From an uncultured Methanoregulaceae archaeon (GTDB taxonomy: Archaea > Halobacteriota > Methanomicrobia > Methanomicrobiales > Methanospirillaceae): a DNA stretch of 64,000 nucleotides. Positions 11,560-20,908 of the stretch are shown here, one piece after another; position 1 is the first letter of the stretch, and every line of letters begins with the position of its first letter. A model generated the notes under the pieces. It searched no databases. It worked only from the letters and a program-made list of their open reading frames with translations, and was not told where the DNA came from. The position numbers were made by a program, and so were the translations under genes. Where the stretch lies: positions 1,120,001 through 1,184,000 of the forward strand of contig OY970343.1 in NCBI GenBank assembly GCA_963717525.1, in the 5' to 3' direction.

Positions 11560-11637
11560 GGCTCTGTCAAGTCTTCAGTGGTAGCATTAAGCCTTCGTCG
11601 AAGAAAATATGTTGCCATCCGCAGACTTTACAGAGCC
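11560..11637. mobile_element. IS6-end-like palindromic element E4 (78 bp)
   Basis: GGCTCTGTCAAGTCT..TGGTAGCAT / ATGTTGCCA..AGACTTTACAGAGCC. Confidence 0.75.
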
Positions 11638-11653
11638 GGATGGAAGCGTCCGT

Positions 11654-12595
11654 TCAGGGAATCACTTGGACTGTTGTGGAAAAATCAATACTTTGATCCG
11701 GGGCATTGATCACGAGTTCATAGCAGTAGGTTCCCAGCTGTACTTCGGAGGCTACGGAAATTACGACCGGTAATTCGTAGTCCCCATAACTCCTCCCGAT
11801 GAACTGGGCCGGATCGATGGAAAATTCCGGCGAGCCGGGTTTGGATGGCTGCGGGGTATCCAGTGATGAGAAGAACATGGTCCCGCAGTCCAGTTCCTTT
11901 ACCCAGACCTGGACGGGTCCGGTTCCCCGTTCCCCGGGCCGGACCGTGATATTTCCTGTCCATTGCCCGCCACGGTGGATGATGATGTTATGTCCGCTAA
12001 TATCCCCGGTGGTGATGTAACTCTGGTATGTGGTTGGTCGGTCTCCCATTTGGACACGGATCCAATCATCAGCAATGGCATTATTCTCTCCTTCAACACC
12101 GGCATGGACATAGAAGGTCCAGGTCGCCGGTTCCGGGCTGTATCCAATAGGACTGATGTTGACCACGAGCTGCGATATTGTCTCTGTTTCCGGAAAAGCG
12201 ACGAACCGGTCGGGGATCATCCGGGCGGAGATGCCCGGAGAGGGGGTGACAGGTGTGGCATTCAAAGGATTACTCACTTCGTAGACGGTCAGGGTAACGT
12301 TGCCCGGCCCATAATCCCGGGAATAGAACGCATAGTCGAAGGTGACATTGTCCGGGCTGCTTATCCAAGTCTGGGGTCCACGGAATCCCCCGACCGGTTC
12401 GTGAAGGAGAGGAGAGGTGGAGTTCAACCGTTCAGTCAGCGTCAGTGCCGTTTTCGACAAGGAGGGTGGCGGAGATCCTTCCGGTGCTGCAGGGCTTTGG
12501 ATATAAAGGTACTGAGGAATGAACACAAGGACGATCACTACCACTATGACAATGGCGATGAAAGAGCCCAGAATCAGGGTGTACTTTTTGTGCAT
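11654..12595 (-). CDS. Membrane-anchored extracellular protein of unknown function
   Basis: 313-aa ORF, N-terminal TM, beta-rich with N-x-S/T sites. Confidence 0.7.
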   Translation of the reverse strand: MHKKYTLILGSFIAIVIVVVIVLVFIPQYLYIQSPAAPEGSPPPSLSKTALTLTERLNSTSPLLHEPVGGFRGPQTWISSPDNVTFDYAFYSRDYGPGNVTLTVYEVSNPLNATPVTPSPGISARMIPDRFVAFPETETISQLVVNISPIGYSPEPATWTFYVHAGVEGENNAIADDWIRVQMGDRPTTYQSYITTGDISGHNIIIHRGGQWTGNITVRPGERGTGPVQVWVKELDCGTMFFSSLDTPQPSKPGSPEFSIDPAQFIGRSYGDYELPVVISVASEVQLGTYCYELVINAPDQSIDFSTTVQVIP

Positions 12596-12643
12596 GTCTG
12601 CATCCTGTTAAATTATATCCTGTGAATCGTATAAATCTACGGA

Positions 12644-12734
12644 AGTTCTGTTGCGTTAACGGGATTTAAAGAAATAATATCGTTGTAAATCATCAATATT
12701 CACTATTTAACCACTCCGATAACGCATCCGAACC
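12644..12734. mobile_element. IS6-end-like palindromic element E5 (91 bp)
   Basis: AGTTCTGTTGCGTTAACGG ... CCGATAACGCATCCGAACC. Confidence 0.7.
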
Positions 12735-13079
12735 ATAAAAATTATTTATGTTCCTAATTCCTGGAAATTAAGCGAAGTATTACGACTCCAACAATAGCTG
12801 TCATTGGAAACAATCAGAGAAAGAGGAGTGGTAGCGTTGCCGGTTTCATTTCCGGACAATCTGGAACCCGGATGTTTTCAAGGCTCCTTCAGAAATCATC
12901 TCCGTTTAAAATCCCGTTTATTTCCTTTTTTACGAGTAATAGGAGAGAGGAGTCTATTTCGAAGGGAAAAAATACGGTTTCATTTCCTATTTTCTTTTAA
13001 TACAAATAAATGGAAAAAGAGTACAAGAAACAGTATTACCTTCTCTTAATTTTGATTAATGGATTCTGAGCGTGAAAAA

Positions 13080-13247
13080 TTACTTTTCCTTCTTTACACC
13101 CTTAAACGGGGTTCCATTTTCTTTCACGGCCATAAATTGCCCTGTAGTTGTGTCTCTCTTAACATATCGTTCTGTTTTAGGATTGAGAACCTGACTTCGA
13201 TCATCTACCTTTCCTATTCGAAAACCTTTACCGGTATCCTTTGCCAT
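13080..13247 (-). CDS. Small basic 55-aa protein absent from the ORF track
   Basis: Hand translation MAKDTGKGFRIGKVDDRSQVLNPKTERYVKRDTTTGQFMAVKENGTPFKGVKKEK*; GAGGAG RBS upstream. Confidence 0.75.
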   Translation of the reverse strand: MAKDTGKGFRIGKVDDRSQVLNPKTERYVKRDTTTGQFMAVKENGTPFKGVKKEK

Positions 13248-13363
13248 TTCACTTTCTCCTCAGCAACAACTCTTAACGAATTATAAGAAAATTGTTGTCA
13301 AAATCATATAACCAATTAATAAAATAAAAATATTCCCATGAATTTTAATAAAATGACAGGATT

Positions 13364-13455
13364 GGTTCTGGTACGTTGTAGTTACTCTTAAAATACTGCT
13401 CAGATACCACAACGACAAAGCCACTTTCAATGAGGCTCTTTAACGTACCAGAACC
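13364..13455. mobile_element. IS6-end-like palindromic element E6 (92 bp)
   Basis: Perfect 14-bp TIR GGTTCTGGTACGTT / AACGTACCAGAACC. Confidence 0.8.
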
Positions 13456-13619
13456 TTTCTGATACCTTGATAAAACCCCGTCTTCTTTATTATTCAAGGA
13501 GATTTTTTGCATTAGTCAGAGAATGTTGCAGTTTTCTTCGTTTTATAGCAATAAAAAGAATGACCTTGTTTGATTCTAATACGTTGCGCGTTCCTAGAAA
13601 TTAATAGCCCTGATTTATA

Positions 13620-13949
13620 TCAGTCTGATTTTTCATATTGTGGAGTTGCAACTTTTTTAGGTCTGCCGCGTTTGCGTTTTGGGCCATCGGCGGTTTTTGT
13701 CTCATTGTTTTTGACTTTGCGAGGTCTACCCCGGGGTCTCTTCTCTTTTTGTTCGATTTTCTCAGCAGGTTTTACCTTGCGCGGCCTATCCCTTTTTCGG
13801 GTCTCACCGTCGGTGGCGGATTTTAATGATTTCTCATCAGAAATTACTTTGATTTTACCATCGGAGACGAACTTTAACAAAACCTTCTCAATTTCGTTGT
13901 TAATATCACGATTCAATTTAGAAAAATCGCGTGGGGTTATTTGATACAT
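13620..13949 (-). CDS. Small basic AT-hook protein
   Basis: RKRDRPRK, KRPRGRPRK, RKRGRPKK. Confidence 0.65.
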   Translation of the reverse strand: MYQITPRDFSKLNRDINNEIEKVLLKFVSDGKIKVISDEKSLKSATDGETRKRDRPRKVKPAEKIEQKEKRPRGRPRKVKNNETKTADGPKRKRGRPKKVATPQYEKSD

Positions 13950-14053
13950 ACTCTGAAAAAGGCTATATTAATATAAATTATTTTGTAAATTCAGAGTGCT
14001 ACAATTAATTTCGTTTTGCTGACAGGATCTCCCCAATTATCGCTGATTATAAT

Positions 14054-14411
14054 TTATTTCCCTCTGGTCACATTGGCTACCGCACTGGAGATCCCGGCCT
14101 CAACTTGACTGAAGTTTCCCTCAGTGACATTGGCTATCGCACCAGAGATTGCGGTCTGTGCTTGGCTAATGTTCTCTCCGGTTACATTTGCAACTGCACC
14201 GGAGATTGCGGCCTGTACATAGCTGAAGTTCTCCGCCACGAGTGCATACTCCTGCGTTGTATTATGAGAAACATACGAACTTGTGGCCGATTCAACCGCT
14301 CCTACACCCATTTGGAAAACGGCAGATGGCCCGAAGAGGTACTATCGCAATAACAACTATCAAAACCACTGCAACAGCGATCCAGACGATCAATTTCACG
14401 AATATGCCCAT
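14054..14411 (-). CDS. Membrane-anchored protein with three 19-aa repeats, frameshift near 14340
   Basis: MGIFVKLIVWIAVAVVLIVVIA then YLFGPSAVFQMG; repeats (E/G)N(F/I)SxxxxxISxA(V/I)ANVT. Confidence 0.6.
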
Positions 14412-14637
14412 TTTTTCATCCACCCATCTCCCGGCACCGGGTCTTTTGTAGACGGTTCAGAAACCCTCACAGATTGATTCTGTGGGGTTTTCTCTATGCA
14501 GATAGATAAAAGTATTGAGCGAATAAAAGAGGGCTTATTTTTGACTATCGTCTGGGTTTCGCCAGCTGGTGGCAGTGGATCACTTTCACACTGCTCATGG
14601 CCGGATCTTTATCTCCCTCATTGAGTGATCCGGTGCT

Positions 14638-15115
14638 ATGGAGAAAATCCCCGTCCGCAAATACCAGGTAGTCGAGGAAGCAGAGATAAACCTCGTCCTC
14701 CAGTGTAAGGATAGTCATGAATTTTATGAGAGATACCTCAAGGTGTTCCCTGATACCAAAAAAGGTCTCGACAGTATCTCCAAGATCTGGAAACGCAGGA
14801 GTGAATTTGCAAAGAAATGGCCACTGACCACACCTGCAGTGGAAACCGGGACAAAATCCGCACAAGATATCGCGGCTTTAATCGCCGAACAGACAAAGAT
14901 CATGGGCGAGATCTCCGCACTCGTCAAGGAGAGCCTCGAAGTCAACCGGGCAGATCCTTGCAACACTTACACAGCAGAATCAGATCTTAACTGGACATTC
15001 CGAACATACCGCTAGGGAACCGCCAAAAAAATCTTCGCATTACGCCCCTGTGGTACCTCTTCCCATGCAGAAAATAGCGTCTGAGGTACAGACTCCGATC
15101 CTGGTCGGTTCGTAA
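14638..15115 (+). CDS. Hypothetical protein with coiled-coil C-terminus, frameshift near 14949
   Basis: MEKIPVRKYQVVEEAE...; removing one G continues NRQILATLTQQNQ...PILVGS*. Confidence 0.6.
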
Positions 15116-15129
15116 GTGCCTTCCCATTG

Positions 15130-15330
15130 TTAGATCTTTTTTATCTCTGTCACTTTCAGGATATCGGTTCGGGTCACAATCCCGACGATCCGGCCATCTT
15201 GAACTATCGGAATCCTCCCAATGTTTCGGGCCGACATGATCCTGAAGGCGTCCATGACCGGTGCCGATGGCGGGAGGGTGATCGGGTCGTGGGTCATGAT
15301 ATCGCGGACCTGCATCGTCTCGGCATCTTG
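15130..15330 (-). pseudogene. 3' fragment of a CBS-domain gene
   Basis: VRDIMTHDPITL..DAFRIM..NIGRIPIVQDGRIVGIVTRTDIL; homology stops at an abrupt GC drop. Confidence 0.7.
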
Positions 15331-15753
15331 TTGGGTATTCCAATAATGTTGAACAATATTGCTCCAAAAGATGTTCAAAATATTCTAACGATTTATATTA
15401 CAGTCGATATTGCAATAATTGCTTCATCTTTTTCAATACTTACTATAAACCCTAAGGATATTGTCAACTCACTAAAAAAGAACCAATTGGTAAATATTGA
15501 AAGATTTAAAAACTTCATTGTTACTTCAGTGTTCATCCTATTATTATCAATATTTGATTATTTGCTTACTAATTTGAAAATGGGTAATCCATTGACTGTT
15601 ACAATTTTTGGAATTACAGTTTATGCATTTAACACAATTTTTTGGGTTATAACATTTTTTATGTTTATTTTTGTAACTAATTTAATGTTTTATACGTGGG
15701 TAATATTAGAGGAAATTTTTAAAGAAATATCGGTTCTGTCAAGTCTGCGGTAG
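15330..15753 (+). CDS. AT-rich multi-pass membrane protein, probably 5'-truncated
   Basis: Hydrophobic helices; stop codon lies inside element E7. Confidence 0.5.
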
Positions 15754-15811
15754 ATCGTCACTTTTCTTTGGAGTATCGAATTTCAGAAACAGCCAACAAC
15801 TTGACAGAACC
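15732..15811. mobile_element. IS6-end-like palindromic element E7 (80 bp)
   Basis: Perfect 13-bp TIR GGTTCTGTCAAGT / ACTTGACAGAACC; interior similar to E8. Confidence 0.8.
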
Positions 15812-15843
15812 ATAAAAACCACTTCTGTTTATGAGGAAAACGA

Positions 15844-16767
15844 TTAGCTCCTGTTCCTTCGGAAAAGAAAGATCACACCACACACAGCAAGCGCTCCGAG
15901 AACCGGCATTGCATCTAGTCTGGCATTAGGTGTAGGCGTAGCCGAAGGTATCTCTTGGTTCGTTGTCGTATAGGTAAATGATGCAACCGGTGGAGTTTGG
16001 GGAACAGCCTGCGGTGGGGATATCTCCGTGGTCGTAGCAGAAACAGGAATATTGCTTGTTGTAATAAGCCCGACCGCGCTCGTGTTGCTGCCAGCCGGGT
16101 TGGTTGCCGTGAGCGTTACCGTGTAGGTACCAGCACTCGTGTAGGTGTGGAGGGGGTTCTGGGATGTCGATGTACTCCCGTCGCCAAACGTCCAAAGCCA
16201 CGATGTCGGGGTGTTTTCAGACTCGTCTACAAACTGGACGGTCAGCGGTACCATATCGATTGGTTCGGTTGTCCTGTTTCCGTAGTAGTCAATTTCCGCA
16301 ACCGGAACGGTGTAAACCGAAGGGACTCCGGGAAAGATGAGAACTAATTGTTCCGGTGCAGTAGGGCCCGAGGGAGCGTACACATTTACGACATATTCAC
16401 CGGGTACTGCATCAGGAGTGGGGATCCGGTGCGGTTCTATCCCGAACGTTTCCCAGAGAGATGTTGTAGCATTACAGGACAAGGTATTGATCCCGTTTTC
16501 CCCGGGCTGGATGGATACGTTGTTTGACATATATCCTGACCATCCGCCACCTGGGTTAAAACTGGAACTGTAGATTTCAATACTCAGAGATTCGTTGGCC
16601 GGCAGGTTTGTCGTCCCGTTAATGAAGAATACTTCATCGATTGTGTGGTTTCCGACGGGATCGATTGTGATATAAGGGGTTATATTTTCAGCGCTTGCTA
16701 TCGGGACAATTGTCACTGTTAAAAAGAAAAGTGCAAAAAATGTGAGAAACACTATTTTTGATTTCAT
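15844..16767 (-). CDS. Surface protein: S-layer-like Ig + PKD domain, C-terminal anchor; paralog of 6655-7509
   Basis: MKSKIVF signal; PYITIDPVGNH..FFINGTTNLP; WLWTFGDG..QNPLHTY; TM-RRNRS tail. Confidence 0.85.
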   Translation of the reverse strand: MKSKIVFLTFFALFFLTVTIVPIASAENITPYITIDPVGNHTIDEVFFINGTTNLPANESLSIEIYSSSFNPGGGWSGYMSNNVSIQPGENGINTLSCNATTSLWETFGIEPHRIPTPDAVPGEYVVNVYAPSGPTAPEQLVLIFPGVPSVYTVPVAEIDYYGNRTTEPIDMVPLTVQFVDESENTPTSWLWTFGDGSTSTSQNPLHTYTSAGTYTVTLTATNPAGSNTSAVGLITTSNIPVSATTTEISPPQAVPQTPPVASFTYTTTNQEIPSATPTPNARLDAMPVLGALAVCGVIFLFRRNRS

Positions 16768-16835
16768 GTCCTTCACTTTTGTTTTATATTTGAGATTATC
16801 TTCATTTCTCCTTCTCAAATAATGTTATTTAAAAT

Positions 16836-16914
16836 GATTCTATTAAGTTGTCGGCAGGTTGTCACTTTTCTTCGGAGTGTTAACTCTCAGAACTGCCGAC
16901 AACTTAACAGAACC
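16836..16914. mobile_element. IS6-end-like palindromic element E8 (79 bp)
   Basis: GATTCTATTAAGTTGTCGGCAG / CTGCCGACAACTTAACAGAACC (20/22 complementary). Confidence 0.8.
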
Positions 16915-16935
16915 CCGAGGAGTTATCAGCACCAA

Positions 16936-17468
16936 TCAGCCGCAATAGTGGCAATTTACTAAGCAGGAGAACTGAGCTTTTACTCCAAGCTCGCGCATCA
17001 GAGCAAATGTGTCTAAATAGGAAACTCCGACCCCGTTACAAGCATTCGGGATCGGAATTCTTCTTTTAATGTCGGAATTGTACCTTTCATCGGTTACCAC
17101 TGTAAATCCTTTAGCTAGAGCAAAAGCAATTAACCAACCATCAGCGTTGTTAGCGAATTCAGCTTTCGCGCCAGGGATATACTGAGGCTGAACTGAGCCC
17201 AACCCATAACAGTTGCGTAAGCGTCAATCACATCCTGTTGGTTCGTCGAATCGAACCATTGATGAAAATTTCCACCGATCCAAGTCGTGAGATCGTCATT
17301 ACCTCTGTCAATTTCATCCTTGACTTTGTCAATACTCCTAACCAGTCCACCCCTCGCATGCCTGATTAATGCATCCCAAAAGCCTGGGGCTATATCAAAG
17401 GCGTAATACCTCTTTGCTGATTCGATGAACACATTTGCATCGAGAATGAAAATCCTTGCAGGGCTCAT
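16936..17468 (-). CDS. DUF4411-like PIN domain protein, frameshift near 17190
   Basis: FILDANVFIE..RYYAFDIAPGFW; ADGWLIAFA..TVVTDE..IPIPNAC. Confidence 0.8.
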
Positions 17469-18670
17469 TCAGATCCGCCCATACCGAGTCTCTTTGCATA
17501 ATTTTCAAAAGTCTCCCCATAGAGCCCGGTCAGGTTATAGGCATCTCGGTACAGTAGATTTCCTTCTCTTACCGCACTTATAACTGCCATGGCGAAACGA
17601 TGCCCAATACGCAAATTCTGGTTGGCATAGAAGTCACCGCCACCTACCTGCCTGCCAGCATTATCGTGAATTTCACGCTCGTATTCTTGATAAAACCCGG
17701 CAAACTCATCATCCTTAATAAGTCCGAGGTTGAGTGTCCTGTAAGCAGCAACGAGCTTGCTTACTTTGAAATGGAGAGCGACAGACTCAAAACGCTCTGC
17801 ATCATCCTTCACCGAAGGCCAGTAGTCTCGTAGTTGTTTTGCCGGGATGAGAAATTCCGCAGCGATACGATTACTTGCCCTTTCTATTTCGTCATTGGCC
17901 GGCCGGAGTTCCTTCAAATCAAAGACAGCGCTTTTTCCAAACCATATATGGGCCAGTTCATGCGCCAAGGTAAACATCTGCGCCGCCTTTCCATCGGCAT
18001 TATTGATAAAAACGAGCGGAGCATATTCGTCTATGAGGACAAAACCTCGAAATTCAGCAACATCCAGTTTGCGATGCGGATTATTTCCAACAATACCATT
18101 TACGACCAGAAGGATGCCAGCCTCCTCTATTTTAGTCCTTAGCTCCTGCAGCGCCTTGGTCCAGTTGGGTTGTTCAGCCGCCCATCTTTCTGAAAGTCCC
18201 AGAGTACGTCTGATTTCGCTTGCGATGTGTTCCGGTTTATCACCGTGATGTACCGAACGGACAAAACTCAGTGGTTCTTCACCTTGTTCCATCAGGTATT
18301 CACGCATCCAGCCTTGACGTTTCTCCATCATTTGGATAGTCTCAATTAAGTCAGCACTGGGTTGTTGTGAGTGATTACCCAAGGTTCGGAAATGGGGGAT
18401 CGGTAATTGCTCGGACGGAGGTTCTGATAGGAAGAAAAAACCCAATGGTGTCGAAGTTGCTTTTGCAAGTTTCTCGACCTCTGGTAATGTCGGGCGGCTC
18501 TCCCCGTTAAGCCACTTTGATATTTTCGGCAGGCTATGTTGAAGGTCATCTTGCCCCCGTCCTGACCGGGCCATCGCCCAACGAAGGATAGATCCACTTA
18601 TTGGGACATGGGGCTTTGCTGAATGACCGTGGTCTTTCCAAATACTTTCGGTTTTCCCATTATCCGACAT
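17465..18670 (-). CDS. HTH + ImmA/IrrE (COG2856) Zn metallopeptidase
   Basis: N-terminal XRE-like HTH; FTLAHELAH (HExxH); E..SNRIAAEFLIP. Confidence 0.9.
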   Translation of the reverse strand: MSDNGKTESIWKDHGHSAKPHVPISGSILRWAMARSGRGQDDLQHSLPKISKWLNGESRPTLPEVEKLAKATSTPLGFFFLSEPPSEQLPIPHFRTLGNHSQQPSADLIETIQMMEKRQGWMREYLMEQGEEPLSFVRSVHHGDKPEHIASEIRRTLGLSERWAAEQPNWTKALQELRTKIEEAGILLVVNGIVGNNPHRKLDVAEFRGFVLIDEYAPLVFINNADGKAAQMFTLAHELAHIWFGKSAVFDLKELRPANDEIERASNRIAAEFLIPAKQLRDYWPSVKDDAERFESVALHFKVSKLVAAYRTLNLGLIKDDEFAGFYQEYEREIHDNAGRQVGGGDFYANQNLRIGHRFAMAVISAVREGNLLYRDAYNLTGLYGETFENYAKRLGMGGSE

Positions 18671-18789
18671 GTTACGAATCCTAAATTGTGTCTATGCAGT
18701 TATCTATTATTAATTCGACCTTCATATCTTAAGAAGTCTAGTCGGTACCATTTCGTTTGCTTTGCAAATTCCTCCGAAGTGATGTATCC

Positions 18790-18954
18790 GCAACTATAGA
18801 TGGAACAGGACGATACGGCGATCTCCCGGTTACAGACAAAGCAAAGGAGATTCTCGCGAAATACGAAACGGTCATCCAGCCGACTCCCGAAGTGCTGGAG
18901 CTCATGGAGAAAGTGTACAGGCCATATGTTGCTATTCTGCATACCACGTGCTGA
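18790..18954 (+). pseudogene. 3' fragment of an Mth938-like domain gene
   Basis: GTGRYGDLPV..A.EIL...PTPE...AILHTTC; no credible start. Confidence 0.5.
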
Positions 18955-19019
18955 AAATACGGTTGCGGCTATGTATTCTCCTGCCTAGACAATTTCGATC
19001 CCCCTCATTTTTAGAGAAC

Positions 19020-19095
19020 GGCACTGTTGCATCTACGGTTGGTGACCCCTTTTTCACCTCGTTAAATTATTTAATCAACCACTAACGCCTCAACA
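19020..19095. mobile_element. IS6-end-like element E9
   Basis: Left end GGCACTGTTGCATCTACGGTTGG (first 12 nt equal the IS26 TIR start); right end decayed. Confidence 0.6.
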
Positions 19096-19176
19096 CTTGG
19101 TGTTTTTTATTGCAAATAAAAGGAAAAGTGTCCAAGATGATTTTTTAATTTAATTAGAATTAAAATTGTCCTAGCT

Positions 19177-19248
19177 GGTTCGGCTGCGTCAGAGAGACTG
19201 GGTTACGACGATATTATTTTTGTTAAGTCCCGTTACCGCAACAGCACC
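19177..19248. mobile_element. IS6-end-like element E10 (inverted relative of E5)
   Basis: GGTTCGGCTGCGT ... TTAAGTCCCGTTACCGCAACAGCACC. Confidence 0.65.
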
Positions 19249-19262
19249 GATTCACCCTATCT

Positions 19263-19964
19263 TCAAGCTGTTTTGCGAAGGAGTTCTTCGATAAGTTCGA
19301 GCTGGATATTCTGGATTTCCAGGAGGTTATGTCCCTGGTTCGTCATGAGATAATCAATTTTCTTATGGAGCCGGTGAATTTCGGAGTCCGTATGGATACT
19401 TACCTGGAAATCACGTTCTGCATGGAGACGGTCTCTTACCTCCTGGCGGTTCTGGCTCATGATAATGATGGGAGCCTGAACCGCAGCAATTATTGAGAGG
19501 ACGAGGTTAAGCAAGATATAGGGATAGGGATCGTAGGGTCTGGATACTAAAATAAAGGAGTTCAGGAATACCCAAAGGAAAAGCAGGCCGGTAAAAACCC
19601 CGAGAAAAATCCAGCTCCCGGCAAAATCTGCGAATGTGTCAGAAAGGCGTTCGCCAAAGGTCATCCCCTTTTCATATTCGACATTTTCATTTTTCGGGAG
19701 ATGATCCTCCACCTTCATGTCATTATTGACGGTTCCTTGGAGCAAGGCATACGCATTTTTTTCCTTCTCTACTTCATCCCGAACATACTGTATCCTGAAC
19801 CGGTTAAGATCAGTCTGACAGATGTATCCTTCAGATGACCACGCCGGATATTCCTTTGTGATAATATCAACAATCGATGCTGGAACCAGTTCTGCGGGAA
19901 TAAGGTCATTTTTCGTCTTTTGTCCCCTGCAAATCTGGCAGGGAAATGTCTCCTGATCCACCAT
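19263..19964 (-). CDS. DUF1003 membrane protein
   Basis: TFGERLSD..ADFAGSW; DPYPYILLNLVLS..AAVQAPIIIMSQNRQ. Confidence 0.9.
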   Translation of the reverse strand: MVDQETFPCQICRGQKTKNDLIPAELVPASIVDIITKEYPAWSSEGYICQTDLNRFRIQYVRDEVEKEKNAYALLQGTVNNDMKVEDHLPKNENVEYEKGMTFGERLSDTFADFAGSWIFLGVFTGLLFLWVFLNSFILVSRPYDPYPYILLNLVLSIIAAVQAPIIIMSQNRQEVRDRLHAERDFQVSIHTDSEIHRLHKKIDYLMTNQGHNLLEIQNIQLELIEELLRKTA

Positions 19965-20022
19965 TTTATTTTTCCTCTTATCCTTTCAATGGATCTTCGG
20001 GTTCTAATTACTTATCTGGATT

Positions 20023-20118
20023 AATTCTGTTGCGTTGTCGCGCTCTGCTACCTTGTTATGGGATCGTCAACTTTCCCTCTCATGAAAATATACGATCCCT
20101 CAACAAGTTAACAGAACC
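20023..20118. mobile_element. IS6-end-like element E11
   Basis: AATTCTGTTGCGTTGTCG ... CAACAAGTTAACAGAACC. Confidence 0.65.
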
Positions 20119-20147
20119 TCATTTAATAATAATTAACCGAAAATTCA

Positions 20148-20225
20148 GGTTCTGTTATGTTTGCGGGTGATATGTAAATTTATCTGAGGTAGAAAACCAC
20201 TACCAACCGCAGACACAACAGAACC
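20148..20225. mobile_element. IS6-end-like palindromic element E12 (78 bp)
   Basis: GGTTCTGTTATGTTTGCGGGTG / CAACCGCAGACACAACAGAACC. Confidence 0.8.
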
Positions 20226-20277
20226 CCCATTTTCTTGGACAGAAATGACAGGAAAAACAATTTCACTCGTAATAAGG

Positions 20278-20667
20278 TTACACGGTAGAGGATCCCAGGA
20301 TGTGAGGTAGAAGCACGGTTGTGTTATTGAGGACAACAATGGTATACATGATAATTAATGATGCGTAAAGCACCATGCCCGATCCCTTTACCCGGGCCTC
20401 TGCATTGAGAGCGACGGGGATGACACAGATGATAATTCCTATTTTAAGGAGGATATGCAGAAACGGCATGGTGACAACACCAGCCATCATCGGGTTGAGC
20501 TCGGTCCCCCCCATATTGAGAATGAGCTGAGTGGTAAAGATATCAAGAAGGAAAAGATCCGCAAGGATCAGTGAGAGAAGGATGATCCAAACGAAGACCC
20601 CTGTACCGGGACCGACGTTTTTCGGGAAGAGAAGATTTACCGACCGGGCGGTTCCTTCTAAAGCCAT
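20278..20667 (-). CDS. DUF5658-like small membrane protein
   Basis: LDIFTT..IL..GG.ELNPMM; 3-4 TM; VV.NN. Confidence 0.7.
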   Translation of the reverse strand: MALEGTARSVNLLFPKNVGPGTGVFVWIILLSLILADLFLLDIFTTQLILNMGGTELNPMMAGVVTMPFLHILLKIGIIICVIPVALNAEARVKGSGMVLYASLIIMYTIVVLNNTTVLLPHILGSSTV

Positions 20668-20908
20668 ATTCTCCAGTAATCGTTTTTTATTTAAATAATT
20701 TTCTCAAACGATATAATCGATATTAACAGTTTTTACAGGAAATACTTACCATTTTAAGCGTATTTTGTGGAATTTTAGGACAGTTGTTTTGATTGAAATT
20801 ATTGATTTATTAAATAAAATACATTAATTTTCTTGCTTTATCTCCCAGATATCTCCCACATTTTAAGATTTTTATCAGATTATTTGACCGAAGATAATTG
20901 GTTTAAAA

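Noticed and set aside
13677..14336. About 20-bp inverted match encoding KTADGPKR/FGPSAVF at two sites
   Set aside because: Short, coding on opposite senses, no extension; likely chance.
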